A DNA stretch of 37,652 bases from Malassezia furfur (Eukaryota): assembly GCA_052055015.1 (NCBI GenBank), contig JBQJIT010000063.1; one strand, written 5' to 3'. A program made the translations under genes and the position numbers. Below the pieces are notes generated by a model. It did no database searches. It was not told the DNA's origin and saw nothing but the letters and a program-made list of their open reading frames with translations. The first letter of the stretch is position 1; each line of letters begins with the position of its first letter. Of the stretch, positions 21,401 through 30,487 are shown in pieces.

Positions 21401-21799
21401 CTGATGGCCTACGCCGTGTTCCGCTACGGGAGCATGGTGCCCTCGAAGCGCGACCACATTTCGATGGCAGAAAAGACGTACCAGACGCTGCAAAAGTCGC
21501 TCGACCCGTACGGCTCGTACACCAACAACATCCTCACGGTCAACGAGCTTTCGACCGCCAGCCCCGGTCCGACGTCCACCGAGAGCCTTGCGTTCCTCGC
21601 AATGCTCGCCTCGGCGCGCCGCGACTACTACGCGGGCAACGTCACGGGCTCGGACGGAGGCGTCGACGCCCCCGAGGGCTCCACCGCCGCCGACCAGGGC
21701 TCCGACTCGAACGCGGGTGTGCCGAGCCGCGCGGGCCCCTGGGCGGCACTGGCGGCACTGGGCACTGCATGGGTGGCTGCCACATTGATTGCTATGTAG
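18455..21799 (+). CDS. Single ORF joining a degenerate acyl-CoA-ligase/AMP-binding-like domain to a GH105/GH88-type six-hairpin glycosidase with GPI-like tail
   Basis: N-terminal TM. HVGPPAVTMEVKL, GEVYVRG and GWFATGDVGTFRTNGTL are adenylation-fold motifs. Internal hydrophobic segment at about 20305-20370. SWEQG, QLWSDQTYMGPPFLA, GLWGH and WLTGNGWAAAGM are GH105/88-like. Hydrophobic C-terminus. Could be two genes. Confidence 0.75.
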   Translation: MAVDVFEVDQLSICLLVGILLVLALVKYQQYWDQPLLHPLILARQAETSQVHAPKESATYRNINAPLGFDLAMRPQRFAPDVASLLALGVTGAEGEHARRVLDMSLTNLELRRQATAFAYGLQDTLQGATPIIAVYGRLTSARSLIALLAGAVSGLPITTYVVPDGAQATQLPDDVDFERAVLVRVDATEPVPPALALCTLSVVANTEEPTPGVLSATRTLHFDDVLGQTTNDTPAACDHSTLRSNELDAVGARTFATFYDPDADAWVRATHTSMTSGVTAWLSEYPPEKIPGMHDTLLTDAFLAGELSAPAYVSLALTALYTGAAFSSEPSTEVLSLARVLKPTLLYLSARAAFHVEFSLWLPSTGALLHSLAYRVNTFVLRNGRFTRNLWLDKWVAAPLRRALGFDTVRATYVLSSGAEIDQTTLDQLRLYLAGPVMHAYVPHRLSDGATAAVVTAPVAASNMYDLQAFAPQLVDGASTRRLAPHVGPPAVTMEVKLVENTPAVQKHAAALAHLALDETGTRDDPVGEVYVRGYALAHATTENIARDSTLSGWFATGDVGTFRTNGTLVIVAAHDAEQAGVAPDFTLDPSGDPLPELRAPQPRRAAKSTRTTASRIAVAPVALAMLALCVAPLVAAVDTVRGSHPLSPERLALVSRAEAPQELERRAKINTTQASTAASSNSTMYNMALNSLLTAQRASWEQGVTQSAILETYYPEWSVYHKTSGDLYPKKESASAIPSQLLSLAYHSIAAQDRNGRLATVVTGDESTSQGAALDSASCGEGVLIGAWIIEGFVNNQPDPNGFWGGAAQRQLDYVLHNVSRSSNGVISQRAARNVIQLWSDQTYMGPPFLAHYALITNNATLFNMAFDQLEGVHNGLLLRDGTGKGLWGHIVDYSNVSAPRWIDERAWLTGNGWAAAGMLRVMAASMHSSDNGVQQRGQALGSMVDSIFDTAYPFIDQNTGLFHNVVNDTRTFLDGSGSALMAYAVFRYGSMVPSKRDHISMAEKTYQTLQKSLDPYGSYTNNILTVNELSTASPGPTSTESLAFLAMLASARRDYYAGNVTGSDGGVDAPEGSTAADQGSDSNAGVPSRAGPWAALAALGTAWVAATLIAM

Positions 21800-21820
21800 A
21801 AGTAGTGGGTTGAATCACGG

Positions 21821-23262
21821 TTACAAGTGCGCCTTGGTCTTGTTCTGGTACTTCTTCAGCGCCAGGTTCTTGACGTGGTCGAGGAACTCGAACGTGTTGA
21901 CGTAGTGCTCGCGCTTCATGTTCTTGCCGTAGATCGAGTAGGCCAGGTCCTTGGTCATGACGTTGTCCTTGTCGATCGCCTCAACGCACGCCTCCTCGAG
22001 CGAGTGCGCAAACTGCACAAGCTCCTCGTTCTTGTCCAGGCGGCCACGGAAGATCAGGCCACGCGTCCAGGCATAGATGGAAGCCACCGAGTTGGTGCTC
22101 GTCTCGTTACCCTTTTGGTGTTCGCGGTAGTGGCGCGTCACGGTGCCGTGCGCCGCCTCGCTCTCGATCAGGTCACCCTCGGGCGTGATGAGCTCCGAGG
22201 TCATCATGCCCAGCGAGCCGAAGCCCTGCGCGACAATGTCCGACTGCACGTCGCCGTCGTAGTTCTTGCACGCCCACACGAAGCCGCCCTCGCCCTTGAT
22301 CGCCTGCGCAACCATGTCGTCGATCAGGCGGTGCTCGTACCAGATGTTGAGCCGCTCAAACTCCTTCTTGTACGTGGTGTCGTACAGCTCCTGGAAGATG
22401 TCCTTGAACTTGCCGTCGTAGGCCTTGAGAATCGTGTTCTTCGTCGAGAGGTACAGCGGCATCTGCTTGTCGATCGCGACGTGGAAGCACGCGTGCGCAA
22501 AGCCGGTAATCGAGTCGACCGTGTTGTACATGGCCATGGCCACGCCGCCGTCCTGGTTGTACTCGAACACCTCCTGCTCGATCTTCTCTCCGCCGTCCTT
22601 GGGCGTAAAGGTGATGGTCAGCTTGCCGGCGCCCGGCGCGACAAAGTTCTTGCAGCGGTACTGGTCACCAAACGCGTGACGGCCAATGCAGATCGGTTTC
22701 TTCCAGCCGGGCACCGGACGCGGGATCTTCTCCAAGACGATCGGCTCACGGAAGACGGTGCCGCCGAGGATGTTGCGGATCGTGCCGTTCGGCGAGAGCC
22801 ACATCTTCTTCAGGTTGAACTCCTTCACACGCGCCTCATCGGGAGTGATCGTAGCGCACTTGACGCCGACCTTGTACTTCTTGATCGCCTCGGCCGCATC
22901 GATGGTGACCTGGTCGTCGGTCTTATCGCGGTTCTCGATGCTCAGGTCGTAGTACTTCAGGTCGATGTCCAGGAAGGGGAGAATGAGCTGCGCACGTTAG
23001 TTTTTTGGCCACGCACATCGTTGCGAATCTTTTCCCAGATGATACGCTGCGTCAGACTAGCGAGGACTTACCGTCATCTCGTCACCATCCAGCTCGACCA
23101 CAGGGCCCGACACCTTGATCTTTTGGACTAAGGGTCAGCTCGCATCAGTGACATACTTTGCGGCATGTTTGTGGAATAGCTACGTCCTGGACCAACACGC
23201 GAGGAGCAAGCGATCGAGGTCCGAGCGACAGTACGAGCCAGCGGAACCGGCCAAAATGCCAT
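21821..23262 (-). CDS. IDP1: NADP-dependent isocitrate dehydrogenase, 4 exons, two in-frame starts (23262 and 23166)
   Basis: [51 protein letters not shown]. Introns 23128-23156 (29 nt), 23047-23071 (25), 22988-23016 (29). Ends -AHL*. Confidence 0.96.
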
Positions 23263-23344
23263 TGTTGGGAAGACCTCACGGACCTCCGGCCAGCCGCGTC
23301 AGATGGGCCGATCGACCACGTGGGTGGACTGTGCGCATATGACT

Positions 23345-24360
23345 CTACCAACCGTAATGCTCGGCAGCCTGCTCGAGCTTGTTGTACACCAAACTGGGTC
23401 AGCAGCAGTGTTACATACAAGACCAATGCTGCATGTCAGTCGCGCATCATACGTACCGCTACTCGGCGCACTCCGTAGACACGTCACGCCGAGACCCGCA
23501 TACAGGCCCCGGATCCCACGTGTCCGATAAATTTTGTCCAGCGTCCGGAAGAAACCAGTCGGCTTGTGTGTGGTGGCATGCTGCATCTGGAGCTCGCGCT
23601 CCGTCTGCATCATTGATTTGACACTGTCGGCAGGGAAAAGGCTCACATTGTAGCTGATTCCCGCCAAGGCACCGCATGCCGCAAGCTCGACACTGCTCAA
23701 GTCGGCGCGGTGGTTTTTGCCGTGCAGGCGCAGCAGCTCACGCGTAGACAGTTCAAACGCGGTGAACCATGCCATGCTTCCGCCTGTCTCACGCAGGAGC
23801 GTCCCGGAAAAGCCGAGCCACAGACCACGCACGCCACTCTCGCGCACGGTCTGTGCAATAAAGCCCAATGCGCCCTGGGCCGGCAACACCGTTGCGGTAT
23901 GGCGCTGCGCCATCGTCTGCACCTGCATTTTACATTTGATTAGCTCCACGGGTGTGAGTACACATGCGGCCACCGCGCCTGCGCCCGCACCCGAGAGCAC
24001 CAGTTGTGACACCGACGGCTCGGCGTCCGGCGATGTGCCATATGCGCGCCGAAGAAGCGCCTGGATCTGGTTGTATGTGAGGAAAAGCGCTGCATTCTCG
24101 AGTGTAGCGCCCACCAGTGGCATAGACACGCCTCGGAACAGGCCGCGTACGCCCTCGGAGCGTAGAATCTGGCGGCAGCAATCGTAGGCGCCGGAATAGT
24201 GCGGCGCCGATTCTGGCTGCGTTTGCAAGCGGACTTTGATCAAATCAAACGGATGCTCGATGATTTTGCTCATCATCCCTGCGACGGAGCCGAATAGGAC
24301 ATCTTTCGACGCACGACTCAGGCGCGCGGATCCAGACGGATCGTACGCGTCTGCGGCCAT
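23345..24360 (-). CDS. Mitochondrial carrier, ornithine/amino-acid transporter type (Ort1/Arg11-like), 3 exons
   Basis: Three PX[D/E]XX[K/R] motifs (HPFDLIKVRLQ, TPVELIKCKMQ, FPADSVKS). Introns 23429-23456 (28 nt) and 23394-23418 (25) flank a 10-nt exon, giving SSALVFLVYNKLEQAAEHYGW*. Confidence 0.88.
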
Positions 24361-24445
24361 GCCCAGTGGAGTGGTGGAGGCGTGGAGGACGTACACCTTT
24401 TCTTCGGCCGAGGGGCGCGGGCCCTCCGCCTTCCAACCCTCCGCC

Positions 24446-25595
24446 ATGCGCTCGGTGGTGTACGCGCTCGCGGCCCTCGCGGCGCCTGTGGCTGTCTTGG
24501 GCCAGTTGACGACGATATACCTGCCTTCGGGCCTTGTGTCGACGCCGCGGACCGTGGAAATCTCGGCTCCGGATGCGCATCATGTGTTATCGCACCATCT
24601 CGGCGTCGACAGCCGCATCCTCGACACGCCGGCGCCTGACCATCCCGATCTCTGGCACCACCTGCCGGCAGATGCTGCGGAATACGATGCATCCACGCTC
24701 TTCCGCCCCAACGGCGCTGTGGTCCTCATGTTCAACGGCGGCGCGGACGAACGTGACGTGTTTGGCGAGAGTCTGCAGGCGACGCATGCAGTGCCGCACC
24801 GGTCGGACGAGGACTTTGAGTCGCTGGCACATCTTTATGGCGACAGCCGGGGCGGTGTCGTCCACAGCTGTGGGTCAGAGTCCAATGAGGCGCTCGACCA
24901 GCTCAAGGCTGAAGTCGCGCAGCTACACAAGTACGCTGCGGACGAGACGCTATTGGCCCTGTCCAAGCTCAACCGGATGCGCTTTGATGCGCTCCAGAAA
25001 GTCCGGAAAGAGTTTGGCTCAGCGAGCGACGTGTACAAGCAGGCCAAGGAGCAACTGCGTGCGGCCCTGGAGCAGTTCGTGCAAAAGACGACGAATGATT
25101 CGTTCCCGCTCGTGGTGTTGAACACGGCGTCCGAGGACGAGCGCACATTCGTCCGTCGTAGCACGGATGACGAGCCGAACGTCGCGGCATTTATGACGCG
25201 CGCGATCGGAGTCGGTGGCCCCATGCGCCGGCCGAACGGCACGCTTCCGAACGCGGGTGCTTGCCACACCAGCGCACAGAGTCTCGAGAGTGCGACGGGC
25301 AAGTGCAGCGGGCACGGTGTGCCTGTTGAGACGAGCAAGGGCGGGCAGAAGTGCTGGCGGTGCCAGTGCACGCCGACCAAGACGAAGCAGCGCACGTTCT
25401 ACTGGGTACGTGCACAACCACTGACCTCAGACTGGCTCAGCATGTGAGAAGCAGGACAAGTCGGACCTCACGCTGCTGATTATCGGCACCGTATCGCTGC
25501 TCTTTGTGTCGGCCGTGGGCACCGTTGCGCTCTTGTACAATGAAGGCAAGGTCCCGCTCCCGGGCACATTGTCGAGCGTCTCGCTCAGCTCATAG
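24446..25595 (+). CDS. Type I secretory-pathway membrane protein with Cys-rich EGF-like C-terminal domain (DUF3844/Vps3844-like), 2 exons
   Basis: Signal peptide and CSGHG...CWRCQC. After intron 25406-25430 (25 nt): WTGSACEKQD, a TM segment and PLPGTLSS. Confidence 0.8.
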
Positions 25596-25599
25596 GCTC

Positions 25600-25860
25600 T
25601 TGAGTATCTTGTATGCAAAGATGAAACGACTACGGTATGCTGGGAGTGCGCGGCGATGTACCTCAGCCAAACTGTCGCGCGCGCGCACAGACGCGCGCGG
25701 GCGGCGTCGGCACAACCCCAACCAGGTCCTTCCCCCGATCGGGTCCGACAATAGATTGCCAGCGGGGCCAACCAACGCCCCGGGCTTATGTCATGGGCGC
25801 CTGGCCGCCGAGGCTCGCCTCCCGACCGTATGGCAATGCGCCATTCCCGCCCATCGGCGC
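25600..25860 (-). ncRNA. Candidate structured non-coding RNA of unknown class
   Basis: Unusually long non-coding gap with many nested complementary segments. Several G-U pairs work only on the minus strand. See findings. Confidence 0.4.
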
Positions 25861-25884
25861 AGGTCCATCTGTGCTCTTTCTGAT

Positions 25885-27222
25885 ATGCTCCCCCAATACC
25901 GAGGACGGACCTCAGATACCCTTGGCTGGACCCCTCCGCCCGATGGCTTCGCGCTCCGCCAAGTCACCTACATTCTTCGGCACGGCGAGCGCGCACCAGT
26001 CCGGAGCCGGCTGGAAACTGCATCCCCTCCCATCGTCGAGCCATGGAACCTATGTCATACCTCGCACGAGTTTGATAAGGCCGTACTGCGTTTTGACGAC
26101 GATGACGGCTCCAAAACCATCCCGTCTCGCGCTTCGATCCAGCGCCGTGTCGAGATCGCCAAGCTCGGCTCCACGCCCAGACCCGGCGCGCCCGGCGACT
26201 GTCTGTTGGGCGAGCTGACGGACCTGGGCCGCGAGTCGATGCTCAAGATCGGCCTGGCCATCCGGCGCATCTACATCGACCAGCTACACTTGCTTCCCTC
26301 CACGCTACGGGCCAAAGATGGACCGTACGTGTACTTTCGCAGCACCAACATCCCCCGCACCAAGCAAAGCATGGACCAGGTCATTACGGGCCTGCTTGGG
26401 TCACCGGAAGACGTTCCGGATGCGCTCGTCCCCCTCGTCTACATCCGCAATACGGGACAGGAAGACATGCTACCCAACTCGCGCCCCTGTCCGCGGCTTG
26501 CACAGCTCCTGCGCAAGTTCTCAGACGAGGCCGCAATACTGTACAACCCCGAGCTGGCCAAGTTTGACGATCAAATCGCGCCGCACAATTCCGGCAAAGG
26601 CGCGCGTGTTGACGGCCACCCACGGCTCAGTGGCCTCATTGATACCGCCCGTGCGGCGCTCGCCCATGGGATTCCGATACCCCGGCCGTTTTTGGACGAA
26701 AAGGTTGTACGGTCGATGGAAAAGGCGGTAGTGCATGAGTGGTTCGCAGGATACCAGTCCAGAGACCCCGTCGAGCGCACGCAGTACCGCCGCCTGGCCA
26801 TGGGCGAGTTTCTTGCGTCGCTGTACGACCAGATGGCGCAGCGCATTGTTGGTGCTAACGAGCGCCGGCTCAGCGTGTTCCTCGCGCACGACGCGACGCT
26901 GGTGGGCATTCTCCAATGTCTCGAGTGCTTCAACGACAAGTGGCCGGACTTTAGCGCCGCGATCAGTTACGAGCTGTTTGATGACGAGCGCGCCTCGAAA
27001 ACGGACACGAGCGAGGACCGCGCATATGTGCGTTGCCGCTATGGCGACGAAGTGTTGCAGCTGCCGGGCTGTGCACCGGACAAGAAGCACTACCCTGGGC
27101 ACCCAGAACTCTGCACCCTTGCAGCGTTCCGCGAAGTGGTGGTCGATCGGCTGCGCAACCCGGCGAATGTATCGCGCGAGGTGGAATGCGGCCTGTCGCT
27201 CTTGCCTGCTACGACCAACTAA
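25885..27222 (+). CDS. Histidine acid phosphatase (branch 2)
   Basis: RHGERAP, GELTDLG, FRSTNIPRT and AHD catalytic motifs. Start taken at ATG 25885 (MLPQYRGR). Confidence 0.9.
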   Translation: MLPQYRGRTSDTLGWTPPPDGFALRQVTYILRHGERAPVRSRLETASPPIVEPWNLCHTSHEFDKAVLRFDDDDGSKTIPSRASIQRRVEIAKLGSTPRPGAPGDCLLGELTDLGRESMLKIGLAIRRIYIDQLHLLPSTLRAKDGPYVYFRSTNIPRTKQSMDQVITGLLGSPEDVPDALVPLVYIRNTGQEDMLPNSRPCPRLAQLLRKFSDEAAILYNPELAKFDDQIAPHNSGKGARVDGHPRLSGLIDTARAALAHGIPIPRPFLDEKVVRSMEKAVVHEWFAGYQSRDPVERTQYRRLAMGEFLASLYDQMAQRIVGANERRLSVFLAHDATLVGILQCLECFNDKWPDFSAAISYELFDDERASKTDTSEDRAYVRCRYGDEVLQLPGCAPDKKHYPGHPELCTLAAFREVVVDRLRNPANVSREVECGLSLLPATTN

Positions 27223-27407
27223 CGAAACGACTGGGTACGTATTGTACAGAAAGAATACCACTTGCACGACCGACGCGCACGACCGACACTGTGCATCCAC
27301 CATCACCCGTCAGCATTGTCAGTGGGCCTATTCATCGGTGTTGCGCTGCTTTTCTCCACAGCGCATCATCTTCATGCATGGCCAAAAGAAACTGGACGTC
27401 CTTCACT

Positions 27408-28319
27408 TTACCGACCTGAGCTCTGCCGTGATGGAAGGTCATTGTGCGTCCCACACCCCCTGGCGCATCCCCATAGTCGCTCACGCTGGTACTGTAGCAG
27501 AATGGGAATCAATTCGCGTGCACCAAACAGCGGCCAGTACTGGTCCACAAAGTGCAGCTGAGTGTCTTCGTTGCATTGCCATAGCAGAAAGTCGCTAAGC
27601 CGATGCACACTCGAGGTACGCACAAGCAGGTCCACAGGAACATCGGTGGGCACCATTAGATGCTCATCGACCGACGCCGGCGTGATGGCCTCTCCGTTCT
27701 CGACGCACTCCGACACGGCATGGCATAGCTCGTCCTGGGCCGAATAGGGCATACAGATGTTGAGTACAGCCCCGTTGTTGTGTTTGGTGGCCTCTTCCAG
27801 GCGCTTAATGGCGTCTTGAACGCCCGGCGGAAGCAGATGCCGCTGGCCCACAACACGCACACGCACCGAGTACCGAGAAACAACTTCGCCGTGATCGTAG
27901 AGCTCCAAAAGACGGGACTTGGCGAGCTCCATCAATGCGTCAACCTCTTCTTGGCTCCGCTTGAAGTTGTCGATCGCGAACGCATACACAGTTACCATAT
28001 ATATCCCCTCGAGGGACATGCACAGCTCTAGTACACGCCGCAACGCCTGGAACCCCATTTTGTGCCCTTCAAATACACGCATTCCATTCGCACGCGACCA
28101 CCGGCGGTTCCCATCCATTATAAACGCAATGTGTCGTGGTAGAGGACCCATTGAAAGTGCTCGGACCATGACCTTCTGCATCAACCCATAGAAGAACGAC
28201 TGCGCCATAGATGCCTGTGCCTGAGCAGTTGACAAGGCGCGCCCGATCAGGGACTTGCCGCGTAGCAGCAGCGTATCAGGAGCTTGTTGGCCTTCTTTCA
28301 TAGAAGTTTTGGTTTCCAT
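27408..28319 (-). CDS. RER2: cis-prenyltransferase / dehydrodolichyl diphosphate synthase (Rer2/Srt1 family)
   Basis: HIAFIMDGNRR, TVYAFAIDNFKRS, DLLVRTSSVHRLSDFLLWQ. Start ambiguous (28346, 28319 or 28208). Confidence 0.9.
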   Translation of the reverse strand: METKTSMKEGQQAPDTLLLRGKSLIGRALSTAQAQASMAQSFFYGLMQKVMVRALSMGPLPRHIAFIMDGNRRWSRANGMRVFEGHKMGFQALRRVLELCMSLEGIYMVTVYAFAIDNFKRSQEEVDALMELAKSRLLELYDHGEVVSRYSVRVRVVGQRHLLPPGVQDAIKRLEEATKHNNGAVLNICMPYSAQDELCHAVSECVENGEAITPASVDEHLMVPTDVPVDLLVRTSSVHRLSDFLLWQCNEDTQLHFVDQYWPLFGARELIPILLQYQRERLWGCARGCGTHNDLPSRQSSGR

Positions 28320-28349
28320 TGGTTCCCAGTTGCTGGCGGAATGCACTGA

Positions 28350-28623
28350 AGTTGTGCACCCCGTCCTTCCCTCCGCAAAGAATCTTGGACACGGATGATT
28401 CTGGGTGGAGGTCCGCGAAACAAACTTAGCAATCTGGCGGTGCGGGTAGCCGAGCCAGTGTTAGTCAAGTGGACAACGAATAGGTCTAATAGCGCATTCA
28501 TTTTGGGTATCTATAGTACGAATGATCTGGTTCAAGAGAACGTAGAGCCAAGAAAGACCAGGTGTGCGCGCTGAGCGCGAAAGAACTTTGCCCGAAAGTG
28601 CCTCGCATTCGCTCAATACCCAG
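28350..28623 (-). ncRNA. Candidate box H/ACA snoRNA, about 275 nt
   Basis: Hairpin-hinge-hairpin-tail layout. Stems TGGGTAT/ATACCCA and CGAATG/CATTCG, H box AAATGA at 28503-28498, stem GCGCT/GGTGC, then ACA (28355-28353) plus 3 nt. Confidence 0.6.
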
Positions 28624-28636
28624 TCGCTTTGGACGA

Positions 28637-29508
28637 TTATTCCTCCTTGGAGGATCGCTTTGACTTGGATTTCTTTGGTTTGTCAGATTTCTTTGGCTTG
28701 TCAGCCTTGTGCGATCCTTCCGACACCGCCGACTTGACTTTCTTCTCCTTTTTCTTCTTCTTCTCCTCTTTATCGTGAGATTTTTTGCTCTTCTTGTCAG
28801 ATTTTTCAGTTGCATGTGTCTCCAAAGAGTGTAAGACAGCTTTTTCCGTGTGATCCGACGTTCGCTTCGCTTTGGCTCTCTTCTCGACCTTTTTGTCCTT
28901 TTTTGGCTTCTTGTCTTTCACCTTCTTGGCTTCTCGGTCTTCGTCCACCTCAGAATCTTCGGTTCTCTTCCGTTTACTGCTGCTCTTTGCAAGCGTCTTG
29001 GACTGTTTATCCTCGCGGGTATTGTTTTCGCTTTCACTAGTCCGAACATCCTTGTGCACTTTTGGAACGACACCTGATCTCGTTTCAGAAGACGCACTTT
29101 GTGCATCCGTATTTAATTGCTGAGCAGTATCACGTTCTTGATTCAAAAGAGACGTATCTCCAATGATTTCACCGCGCACGAAGCCGCTCATGAGCATTCG
29201 ACGCGCGTGCTCAAGTTTAGCAAGAGACGATAGAGACCGACGCGGCATGGGTGACTCGCTCTCCTTCTTCTTCGGTGCTCCAATTGCGAGCGCTTTGGCA
29301 CCAGCCTGAGTTAGTTTGTTAAACGTACAGCAAAGACGTCGTCCCACCATTCAACCGCCCTGTCACGGTTTTGTCCGATACCGCCAAGATTCCGTTTCTG
29401 AGGAATGATGAGAGGTTTTTTTAGTCCTCTACCACGGTCTCCATCCAGTGGAGATCCATGACCCCGCCAACCCTGCTTGGTCAGGTATCGATTTGTGTCC
29501 AACGGCAT
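28637..29508 (-). CDS. TMA23: Tma23-like nucleolar G-patch-like protein with Lys-rich tail, 2 exons
   Basis: YLTKQGW...GLKKPLII...GIG...EWWDDVF. Intron 29306-29328 (23 nt) joins this to the KKE-rich C-terminal exon. Confidence 0.8.
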
Positions 29509-29644
29509 GCTCGGGCTTTATGCACGTTCAACCAAGTCGACACAAAAAATTCTAGCCTTGGGAAAATCTGAGCTTGGACCTCCGCACCAAAATAAATTTC
29601 TGAAGTGCCCCTATCGTATTACACCTAGTGATCTGCTAAACAAT

Positions 29645-30345
29645 ATGCTGGTACGTGGATTCCCGGCCATGCGCTTGCAGCCGCATGTGGGTCGAGGTCC
29701 ATGTTCTACACTCTTTCATCCGATAAAACACACAGGTCGTGATATTGCTAAGCTGCCCGCGCACGCTGTTCCTCGCGTTGCCTCACGTTCATTTCTCAAC
29801 CTCAACGGTATTCTAGGTGGTGGATCACCACAAGGAGAGGAATTCGACGAAACGGTGATTCTTCCGTATTCAAGTTCTGAGCTCTTCAAAGTCGTTTCAG
29901 ACGTTGATTCTTACTCGGAATTTGTTCCCTTCTGTGTTGCTTCGCGTGTTTTGGGCCCTACTAAGAACCCAGACCCCCGCACAAAAAAGGACGGAGCCAC
30001 GTCCGTGGTGGATGCAGAGCTTGCCATCGGATTCGCAAGTGTCCGGGAAAGCTACGTGAGTGAGGTGAGCATGCGTCCGAATGACTTTGTTACGGTATGT
30101 CAACTTTCTTACGCCAGGCCCGTGCGAAGCCATCGGCTCTATTCAATGAGCTCAGTACGACATGGCAATTTCACGCTCTGCCAGCGGCAGGCAAGTCACC
30201 CCGAACACGTGTCAAGTTTGCGCTGCACTATTCCTTTGCAAACCAACTCTACGCAACACTTGCGAGTCAAGTCTTCCAAAAGCTCTCCACAAAAATGATT
30301 GACGCCTTCACCCAGCGCGCGCGAACATTGTACGGCCCTCGCTAG
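29645..30345 (+). CDS. COQ10: Coenzyme Q-binding START-domain protein Coq10, 2 exons
   Basis: Presequence, LFKVVSDVDSYSEFVPFC, ESYVSEV. After intron 30095-30117 (23 nt): LFNELSTTWQF...MIDAFTQRARTLYG. Confidence 0.92.
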
Positions 30346-30407
30346 GGCGCGCCCTTACTTAACATTGCGTGATGAGTCCGTGCACTTGATCGTCAATTAT
30401 ATAAGCA

Positions 30408-30414
30408 CGATCAC
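30408..30414 (+). promoter_or_regulatory. Putative TATA box of the ADH gene
   Basis: TATATAA about 75 nt upstream of ATG 30488; such an AT run is rare in this window. Confidence 0.5.
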
Positions 30415-30487
30415 TAGGTATGTGCACGTTGGGTATGACCGGGCCGAGTAGGACGGAGTAGATTCGTAGACTCCATCTAGCACAAAC

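Noticed and set aside
25713..25721. CAACCCCAA, identical to the Tetrahymena telomerase template
   Set aside because: Short match, on the strand disfavoured by G-U pairing and within a predicted stem; no TTGGGG telomere evidence here.
25504..25884. N-terminal extension of the acid phosphatase in the ORF track
   Set aside because: Starts at GTG inside the upstream gene's last exon and has non-protein-like composition; ATG 25885 is more plausible.
27223..27407. Short direct repeat gcacgaccgac x2 and a small hydrophobic TTG-start ORF
   Set aside because: No ATG, splice support or recognisable family; probably overlapping 3' UTRs.
28457..28465. ACTAACACT on the minus strand as a possible 1.5-repeat template for a TTAGTG telomere
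   Set aside because: The telomere repeat of this organism is unknown from the window, a 9-mer can arise by chance, and it lies inside the 3' H/ACA hairpin. Worth rechecking only if the telomeres are TTAGTG.
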